Origin: Octopus vulgaris
Taxonomy: Eukaryota
Direction of reading: 5' to 3'
Assembly: GCA_951406725.2 (NCBI GenBank)
Contig: OX597814.1
Span: 8,122,001 to 8,186,000, forward strand
DNA: 64,000 bases
Shown here piece by piece: positions 11,755 to 20,445 of this stretch. The position numbers and the translations under genes were made by a program. Position 1 is the stretch's first letter. Each line of letters begins with the position of its first letter. The notes beneath the pieces are model-generated. The model saw nothing but the letters and a program-made list of their open reading frames with translations. It made no database searches and had not been told where the DNA came from.

Positions 11755-13751
11755 ATAGAAATATTAAAATTACTAAGTCTCTCTAAAAGAGAACAAGGCA
11801 GCGTTCCTGGAAATTAATAGTTATCGCCATACTAATATGGCATTCTTATAAAAATAAGAATAAAGCTGTCCGTTTATTAGCTCCATGAGGCCATCGCCTT
11901 AAGTTAGCTATTTGATACACAAACTGTATCCATATAACCTTCGAACAAGGGAGGTCAGTCGCTCCACACTACTTGATCGACAGCTACAGACGCGTTGCAG
12001 GGTATTGCCCCTTTTCAATGCAGCGTAGTCAGACCAGTAGGTGTCGCTTCCGACAATCCCTGTTCGAAGGTTTTATTTACCTAGTTTCAGTGGAATACAT
12101 CCACTTGTTTTCAATAATAGAAATATTAAAATTACTAAGTCTCTCTAAAAGAGAACACGGCAGCGTTCCTGGAAATTAATAGTTATCGCCATACTAATAT
12201 GGCATTCTTATAAAAATAAGAATAAAGCTGTCCGTTTATTAGCTCCATGAGGCCATCGCCTTAAGTTAGCTATTTGATACACAAACTGTATCCATATAAC
12301 CTTCGAACAAGGGAGGTCAGTCGCTCCACACTACTTGATCGACAGCTACAGACGCGTTTCGGGGTATTGCCCCTTTTCAATGCAGCGTAGTCAGACCAGT
12401 AGGTGTCGCTTCCGACAATCCCTGTTCGAAGGTTTTATTTACCTAGTTTCAGTGGAATACATCCACTTGTTTTCAATAATAGAAATATTAAAATTACTAA
12501 GTCTCTAAAAGAGAACACGGCAGCGTTCCTGGAAATTAATAGTTATCGCCATACTAATATGGCATTCTTATAAAAATAAGAATAAAGCTGTCCGTTTATT
12601 AGCTCCATGAGGCCATCGCCTTAAGTTAGCTATTTGATACACAAACTGTATCCATATAACCTTCGAACAAGGGAGGTCAGTCGCTCCACACTACTTGATC
12701 GACAGCTACAGACGCGTTTCGGGGTATTGCCCCTTTTCAATGCAGCGTAGTCAGACCAGTAGGTGTCGCTTCCGACAATCCCTGTTCGAAGGTTTTATTT
12801 ACCTAGTTTCAGTGGAATACATCCACTTGTTTTCAATAATAGAAATATTAAAATTACTAAGTCTCTCTAAAAGAGAACACGGCACGTTCCTGGAAATTAA
12901 TAGTTATCGCCATACTAATATGGCATTCTTATAAAAATAAGAATAAAGCTGTCCGTTTATTAGCTCCATGAGGCCATCGCCTTAAGTTAGCTATTTGATA
13001 CACAAACTGTATCCATATAACCTTCGAACAAGGGAGGTCAGTCGCTCCACACTACTTGATCGACAGCTACAGACGCGTTTCGGGGTATTGCCCCTTTTCA
13101 ATGCAGCGTAGTCAGACCAGTAGGTGTCGCTTCCGACAATCCCTGTTCGAAGGTTTTATTTACCTAGTTTCAGTGGAATACATCCACTTGTTTTCAATAA
13201 TAGAAATATTAAAATTACTAAGTCTCTCTAAAAGAGAACACGGCAGCGTTCCTGGAAATTAATAGTTATCGCCATACTAATATGGCATTCTTATAAAAAT
13301 AAGAATAAAGCTGTCCGTTTATTAGCTCCATGAGGCCATCGCCTTAAGTTAGCTATTTGATACACAAACTGTATCCATATAACCTTCGAACAAGGGAGGT
13401 CAGTCGCTCCACACTACTTGATCGACAGCTACAGACGCGTTTCGGGGTATTGCCCCTTTTCAATGCAGCGTAGTCAGACCAGTAGGTGTCGCTTCCGACA
13501 ATCCCTGTTCGAAGGTTTTATTTACCTAGTTTCAGTGGAATACATCCACTTGTTTTCAATAATAGAAATATTAAAATTACTAAGTCTCTCTAAAAGAGAA
13601 CACGGCACGTTCCTGGAAATTAATAGTTATCGCCATACTAATATGGCATTCTTATAAAAATAAGAATAAAGCTGTCCGTTTATTAGCTCCATGAGGCCAT
13701 CGCCTTAAGTTAGCTATTTGATACACAAACTGTATCCATATAACCTTCGAA
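11752..13751 (-). repeat. 360-362-bp tandem array (~5.5 near-identical copies); candidate retrozyme satellite
   Basis: GACGCGTT recurs at 11989, 12351, 12711, 13072 and 13434; each unit has a minus-strand hammerhead and many hairpins. Confidence 0.95.
12345..12386 (-). ncRNA. Type I hammerhead ribozyme with U3:A8 core (also at ~12705-12746, ~13066-13107, ~13428-13469; mutated copy at ~11983-12024)
   Basis: Minus strand GCTGCA-TTGAAAA-GGGG-CAATA-CCCC-GAAAC-GC-GTC-TGTAGC: 6-bp stem I, 4-bp stem II, palindromic stem III, GUC cleavage site. Confidence 0.8.
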
Positions 13752-15975
13752 AACGAACCTCTCATATTTTTAAACATAAAAGACAATTGATTGAAAAACG
13801 TCAAATATGATACAAATTTTCCGAAGGCAGCAAAAAGCCAAGGCAAAAATAGTTTTAAAGGTTTAGAATCTTTTGATCAAGGTAAAATCTTTGTGAGAGT
13901 TTTTTTGAGTTTCATGTCATCTAAATGGCGAGACGAAAGGAACCGATGCTCTTTGGAATCGAAAACGAACCTCTCATATATTTAAACATAAAAGATAATT
14001 GATTGAAAAACATCAAAGATCATACAAATTTTCCGAAGGCAGCAAAAAGCCAAGTCAAAAATAGTTTTAAACGTTTAGAATCGGTAAAATCCTTGTGAGA
14101 GTTTTTTTGAGTTTCATGTCATCTAAATGGCGAGACGAAAGGAACCGATGCTCTTTGGAATCGAAAACGAACCTCTCATATATTTAAACATAAAAGATAA
14201 TTGATTGAAAAACATCAAAGATGATGCAAATTTTCCGAAGGCAGCAAAAAGCAAAGTCAAAAATAGTTTTAAAGGTTTAGAATCGGTAAAATCCTTGTGA
14301 GAGTTTTTTTGAGTTTCATGTCATCTAAATGGCGAGACGAAAGGAACCGATGCTCTTTGGAATAGAAAACGAACCTCTCATATATTTAAACATAAAAGAT
14401 AATTGATTGAAAAACATCAAAGATGATACAAATTTTCCGAAGGCAGCAAAAAGCCAAGGCAAAAATAGTTTTAAAGGTTTAGAATCTTTTGATCAAGTTA
14501 AAATCTTTGTGAGAGTTTTTTTGAGTTTCATGTCTTCTAAATGGCGAGATGAAAGGAACCGATACTCTTTGGAATCGAAAACGAACCTCTCATATATTTA
14601 AACATAAAAGATAATTGATTGAAAAACATCAAAGATGATACAAATTTTCCGAAGGCAGCAAAAAGCCAAGTCAAAAATAGTTTTAAAGGTTTAGAATCTT
14701 TTGATGAAGGTAAAATCTTTGTGAGAGTTTTTTTGAGTTTCATGTCATCTAAATGGCGAGATGAAAGGAACCGATGCTCTTTGGAATCGAAAACGAACCT
14801 CTCATATATTTAAACATAAAAGATAATTGATTGAAAAACATCAAAGATGATGCAAATTTTCCGAAGGCAGCAAAAAGCCAAGTCAAAAATAGTTTTAAAG
14901 GTTTAGAATCGGTAAAATCCTTGTGAGAGTTTTTTTGAGTTTCATGTCATCTAAATGGCGAGATGAAAGGAACCGATGCTCTTTGGAATAGAAAACGAAC
15001 CTCTCATATATTTAAACATAAAAGATAATTGATTGAAAAACATCAAAGATGATGCAAATTTTCCGAAGGCAGCAAAAAGCCAAGGCAAAAATAGTTTTAA
15101 AGGTTTAGAATCTTTTGATCAAGGTAAAATCTTTGTGAGAGTTTTTTTGAGTTTCATGTCATCTAAATGGCGAGATTAAAGGAACCGATGCTCTTTGGAA
15201 TCGAAAACGAACCTCTCATATATTTAAACATAAAAGATACTTGATTGAAAAACATCAAAGATCATACAAATTTTCCGAAGGCAGCAAAAAGCCAAGTTAA
15301 AAATAGTTTTAAAGGTTTAGAATATTTTGATGAAGGTAAAATCTTTGTGAGAGTTTTTTTGAGTTTCATGTCATCTAAATGGCGAGATTAAAGGAATCGA
15401 TGCTCTTTGGAATCGAAAACGAACCTCTCATATATTTAAACATAAAAGATAATTGATTGAAAAACATCAAAGATGATGCAAATTTTCCGAAGGCAGCAAA
15501 AAGCCAAGTCAAAAATAGTTTTAAAGGTTTAGAATCGGTAAAATCCTTGTGAGAGTTTTTTTGAGTTTCATGTCATCTAAATGGCGAGATTAAAGGAACC
15601 GATGCACTTTGGAATAGAAAACGAACCTCTCATATATTTAAACATAAAAGATAATTGATTGAAAAAACATCAAAGATGATGCAATTTTTCCGAAGGCAGC
15701 AAAAAGCCAAGGCAAAATAGTTTTAAAGGTTTAGAATCTTTTGATCAAGTTAAAATCTTTGTGAGAGTTTTTTTGAGTTTCATGTCATCTAAATGGCGAG
15801 ATTAAAGGAACCGATGCTCTTTGGAATCGAAAACGAACCTCTCATATATTTAAACATAAAAGATACTTGATTGAAAAACATCAAAGATGATGCAAATTTT
15901 CCGAAGGCAGCAAAAAGCCAAGGCAAAAATAGTTTTAAAGGTTTAGAATCTTTTGATCAAAGTAAAATTTTTGTC
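13747..15975. repeat. 212/202-bp satellite (~10.7 copies) with a 626-bp three-unit higher-order repeat
   Basis: Units start at 13747, 13959, 14161, 14363, 14575, 14787, 14989, 15201, 15413, 15615 and 15827; short units lack TTTTGATCAA. Confidence 0.95.
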
Positions 15976-16759
15976 TTCTGATTTGTTGTCTTTGTATTTA
16001 TATTTAGGTGAGAGAAGAAATGTAATTTTGAACTGCATTCAATATTGGCATCTCTAGGAACTGAATAAAAATTTGTGCCCTTAAATAAAGTGGGTTATTT
16101 TTGTCCTTTATCGTAGCGAAACTAAGTTGGCAACCCTCCTTCATCCTGCTGCCTGAAAGTGAAAACGAACAGAGAAAATATGCTAGAAATAACAGCCAAA
16201 TCCCACAAAACTGCGATAACATAATGAAAGAAATATGGAATGAATCTACTCGCCTTCTTTTCTGCAAAGGTTTCTTTCAGAGTAATCCGTGACAAAGTGA
16301 AATGAAAGTGTTTTCGTTTTTGACGAGTGAAACCTCGCAGCCATGGACGGCCGTCGGGAATAAACTTGGGCAAAAGGGTTTGAGAAATGTTATAAGAAAT
16401 TCTGGCAATCTTTTCTTCGCCGTAAATCCATAAATTTCTCGAAACATAGATCCGTCAACGCCAGACCATTTCCTATCGCCCGAATCACCCAACCATACAC
16501 TTTGACTATTCGGGACCAACAGACCTCGACTTGCTTTCCGCAACGGAACGGGTTGCGGAAATCTTCGGAATGAGGTGGGGGTCTTTTTTTTAAATTGAAA
16601 TTTTACAAACAATTTTTCTTTTCAGAACCGAAAACGTGGAATTCCATAAAAACAAATTTTTTTTTCTAAAGGGATGGATGGGTCCCTTTACGTCTCCGCC
16701 ATGTACTGGTTCAGTGAATTTACGGAATTTACCGAATGCCGTCTCATTCTTTTTTTTTT

Positions 16760-16926
16760 TTCTTTTCTACCCACAAGGAGACAAACAAGGACAGACATAG
16801 GTATTAAGTCGATTACATGGACCCCAGTGCGTAACTGGTACATAATTTACCAACCCCGAAAGGATGAAAGGCAAAGTCGACCTCGGCGGAATTTGAACTC
16901 AGAACGTAACGGCAGACGAAACACCA
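16760..16926 (-). mobile_element. 5'-truncated tRNA-derived SINE copy
   Basis: Reverse complement matches the SINE body and tail at 17591-17764. Confidence 0.8.
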
Positions 16927-16929
16927 CAA

Positions 16930-18345
16930 ACTTCTCATTCTTTATTTTGGCACAACGGGACCATAACACACAGAGGGGACAGCACAAGGACTGACAGGAC
17001 ATTACGGTGGGGATATAAAACATTTGTACGAACGAAGGAAGGATGAATTCTAATAATGGGGGTGAAAATGGATGCATGCTATCCACTCGCAAGCAGAATA
17101 AATTTTAAATGTTTTTCTTTTTTCTCTTTTATTCCTTTTTGTATCAGTTTTATAGTCATTAAATTTGCTTTTCCCCACCCTTTTATGTACGGTATTTGGT
17201 CCTCATAATCTATCACTGGCGGCAAGTCATCAAACTCCACGCGTTCTCCTTCTGGGTCGATCTTATTTCCAAATAATTCTCCCAGTTCTTCACATCCTTC
17301 TTTGTCAATCACAATTGCCTTGCTGTTTCTCTGGATAATATTCCGTCGTTAACTTCTAAGGCGGTGAGCTGGCAGAACCGTTAGCACGCCGGGCGAAATA
17401 TTTGGCGGTATTCCGTCCGTCTCTACGTTCTGAGTTCAAATTCCACCGAGATCGATTTTGCCTTTCATCCTTTCGGGGTCGATTAAATAAGTACCAGTTA
17501 CACACTGGGGTTGATATAATCGACTTAATCCGTTTGTCTGTCCTTGTTTGTCCCCTTTGTGTTTAGCCCCTTGTGGGTAGTAAAGAAATAGGTATTTCGT
17601 CTGCCGCTACGTTCTGAGTTCAAATCCCGCCGAGGTCGACTTTGCCTTTCATCCTTTCGGGGTCAATTAAATAAGTACCAGTTACGCACTGGGGTCGATG
17701 TAATCGACTTAATCCGTTTGTTTGTCCCCTCTGTGTTTAGCCCCTTGTGGGTAGTAAAGAAATAGATAATATTCCGTTATTAACTTCACTCTCGCAACCG
17801 TCTTCATTTTGGTTTGTTCTCTTTTTCAATTTCCGTGTTTTTCGAATACGTCACCATCTGCCATTTCTTCTTTTTTGGTTCTTATTTGTTCCTGTGTTTC
17901 TAATTGGCTTTCTACGTTGGTTTCCCTTGTTGCCATTGTTGGAATCTCCTGCTGTGTCTCTTCCAGTTTATTTTCCTTCCTCTTTGGACCCTTTGGCGAT
18001 GAGTCCACATATTCCTTCCTTTTTCTTTTTCCTATTCACCACCTTATTATATTCCTCCTCGACCTTCTCTGGACATTGGTCACTCACTCACTGGGGTCGC
18101 CGCTTCGACATTTTGCTCCAGCTCGTTGCCCCTTGTCACTGCTGTTCCTGTTCATCTTTCTCGTCGTTCTGGGCCACATCTTGCTCTCATGTGTCCCCTT
18201 GCTCCACACTGGTAACAGGTCGGAGCTCTTCCCCCCATCACTAACTCTTAATTTCGCCAAGTCTTGCAATGTCACCTTGTATCACCACCTCTTTCGTTCT
18301 CGTTACTTTTAAAACTTTCGCCGCCTCCTCTTCCGTGTTGTACTT
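16930..18345 (-). mobile_element. L1/Tx1-like non-LTR element remnant (ORF1/gag-like part plus 3' tail), interrupted by a SINE
   Basis: Minus-strand CCHC knuckle GGRAPTCYQCGARGHMRARC at ~18170-18235; charged region; ORF 17079-17312; tail ends AATAAAGAA at ~16940. Confidence 0.55.
17359..17764 (+). mobile_element. tRNA-derived SINE (head+body+tail, then a second body+tail) with 23-bp TSD
   Basis: A-box-like GAGCTGGCAGAACCG; B box GAGTTCAAATT; TSD GATAATATTCCGTcgTTAACTTC 17334-17356 / GATAATATTCCGTtaTTAACTTC 17765-17787. Confidence 0.85.
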
Positions 18346-18383
18346 AATGCCTCTACGTTCTGAGTTCAAATTCCGCCGAGGTC

Positions 18384-18632
18384 AACAACCTTGGCTATAC
18401 ACACCATCACGTGAACCGCAGTCAGCATTTTGTTGATCCAGTCAACCCATCAGTCCACACTCGAAATATTGAGCGTTTATGGCGAATGCTCTAGAATAGT
18501 ATAATTCGATCTGGAATGGGGCCCGAATACCTGAAGCAGTAGGTCGCTCGGTTCCTTTTCCTAGGGGCTGCCTCACCACCAACCCAGCGACTTCATAAGT
18601 TTCTTGTGGGGGCTGCAACATTATATCCATGT
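18384..18632 (+). pseudogene. Merlin (IS1595/ISXO2-like) transposase C-terminal fragment
   Basis: Manual translation NLGYTHHHVNRSQHFVDPVNPSVHTRNIERLWRML* matches the GY.H..VNHS..FVDP...HT..IE.LW motif of the family; internal stops. Confidence 0.75.
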
Positions 18633-19221
18633 TCCTGAAGACAAGGAAGACTATACACAAAAATTATTTTAATTAATATCTTTTAAAACACACAACTGAG
18701 GCCCTATGGGTCCCAAATCAAAAGATGGTTGAAGTGTATTACTGGATCATCGGGTGATATGAAATTGCCCAAGTTCATCCCCGCCAAATTACAACAGCGT
18801 ACATGGCGGAGGTTTTAGTTGTAAAAAAAAAAGAACACTCTCATTTCACTTTGTCACAGATTACTCTGAAAGAAACCTTTGCAGAAAGATGAGTAGATTC
18901 ATTCCATATTTCTTTCATTATGTTATCGCAGTTGTGTGAGATTTGGCTGTTATTTCTAGCATATTTTCTCTGTTCATTCGCACACAAGCCGTTCATTTTA
19001 ACTTTTAGACAGAGGAATGCAATGGCGAGGAGTGTTTGAATCAATTTTGGAGTTTCCTCACAGAAAATTAGAAATTAATTATTTTTAACCAATGCAATAG
19101 GTGGACGTACGTGTATCACTGAAGCCATTCATTCATTCATAAAGTATATAAAACCGGGAACGAACACAGAATTAAGACTGTTGGGGCTACACAAAATCCA
19201 CCCGACGACTTAGTTTACACA

Positions 19222-20030
19222 TATTGAATCTTTTCGGTTTGAACGGCAGTTTTTAACACAATTTCTAGTTAACTAAACACTTTTAAACTTCGTATACTGG
19301 TAGAATGTGTTTATAAAACATCATTTTTTCTTGGCTTTATTGAGAAAATTCTATATGTTGTAAGATATTTCGTCTGAAATTTCGAGCATTTCGGCAATTT
19401 TAACCAATCGCTCACCTCCATTTGGGGTGAAAATATACCGTGCTGTATGAATATGTCCCTCGTTTAAGAAACAGATTGGGTTTATTTACATTTTCGAAGA
19501 AAAAAGATACCCTTCCCCCACCCCTAACCCTAACCCTAAATATAAAATAGATTGAAATGCAATAGATCGATACTAGGGTTATAATTATGGGTGACATTTT
19601 CATTTGACACCGCTAGAAAAAAAAACCCATTTTCTATAGCGGTGTCGTATGAAATTGTCACCTATAATTATAACCCTAGTATCGATCTATTGCATTGCAA
19701 TCTATTTTAGGATTAGGGTTGGAGTTAGGGGTGGGGGAAGGGTATCTCTTTTTCTTCGAAAATGTAAATAAACCCAATCTGTTTCTTAAACAAGGGACAT
19801 ATTCATACAGCACGGAATCTTTCACCCCAAATGGAGGTGAGCGATTGGTTAAAATTGCCGAAATGCTCGATTTTAAAGTGGAAATATCTTACAAACTATA
19901 GAATTTTCTCAATAAAACCAGGAAAAATGATGTTTTATAAACACATTCTACCAGTATACGAAGTATAAAAGTGTTTAGTTAACTAGAAATTGTGTTGACA
20001 TGTGCCATTCAAAAGGAAGAGATCCAAATA
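19222..20030. mobile_element. ~800-bp palindromic (foldback/MITE-like) element
   Basis: Arms 19222-~19620 and ~19630-20030 are reverse complements; internal CCCTAA/TTAGGG repeats; a further terminal fragment at ~26515-26565. Confidence 0.85.
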
Positions 20031-20104
20031 CTGGAATGGGTTTAAAACAATGTTTAGGAAACGAATATGAAAAAAAAAAATGCGTGCAAAGCAACGGGAG
20101 GTGG

Positions 20105-20321
20105 TGCTACACATTCATATCTATGTGTTAAGTATGCCAAACTACATCCCCACTCTTGGCACTATTTTGTTAGTGAACAGTACAACTGTGTGTAAAGTAT
20201 ATAATGTATTACTACGCTGAATGTCGAGTCCGTGTAACATGAAAAGTCAATAAACACGTAAACAATAACAATGGTTTTCATTTGGTTGCCTATCCCATTA
20301 GAACACAAACTACACACAACA
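20105..20321 (+). repeat. 5' LTR
   Basis: 217 bp, about 9 differences from the 3' LTR; contains TATA-like TATATAA and AATAAA. Confidence 0.95.
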
Positions 20322-20334
20322 TGGTGGCAGCGGT
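20322..20334 (+). promoter_or_regulatory. Primer binding site, probably tRNA-Leu
   Basis: TGGTGGCAGCGGT directly after the LTR; complementary to a ...ACCGCTGCCACCA tRNA 3' end. Confidence 0.8.
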
Positions 20335-20445
20335 AAATAATTAATCGGAAACTGTGCCTTTAAAACAAAACAGAAACACAACGGGCGAGGAATTTAACAA
20401 ACAAAACATCGCTTCGTCTTCGGACAACAAACACGACGATCCAAG

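Larger units (their letters stand above)
16165..18979. repeat. Diverged inverted repeat pair (16165-~16378 and ~18765-18979)
   Basis: GAACAGAGAAAATATGCTAGAAATAACAGCC...GACAAAGTGAAATGA on + at 16167 and on - ending near 18975. Confidence 0.85.

Noticed and set aside
11973-13657. Repeated 68-79-aa ORF (MIDSYRR...) in the 361-bp array
   Set aside because: TTG start, indels between copies, no recognisable domain; the unit is better explained by RNA structure on the other strand
13747-15975. Hammerhead or coding function in the 212-bp satellite
   Set aside because: Core-like words (TTGAAAA on +, AGATGA...GAAAC on -) lack compatible stems; 64-aa ORFs start at TTG and are broken in the short units
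17359-17450. tRNA gene
   Set aside because: Pol III boxes belong to a SINE head with body, tail and TSD; no cloverleaf
19520-19740. True or interstitial telomere
   Set aside because: Only about three TTAGGG-type units, internal to the foldback element arms
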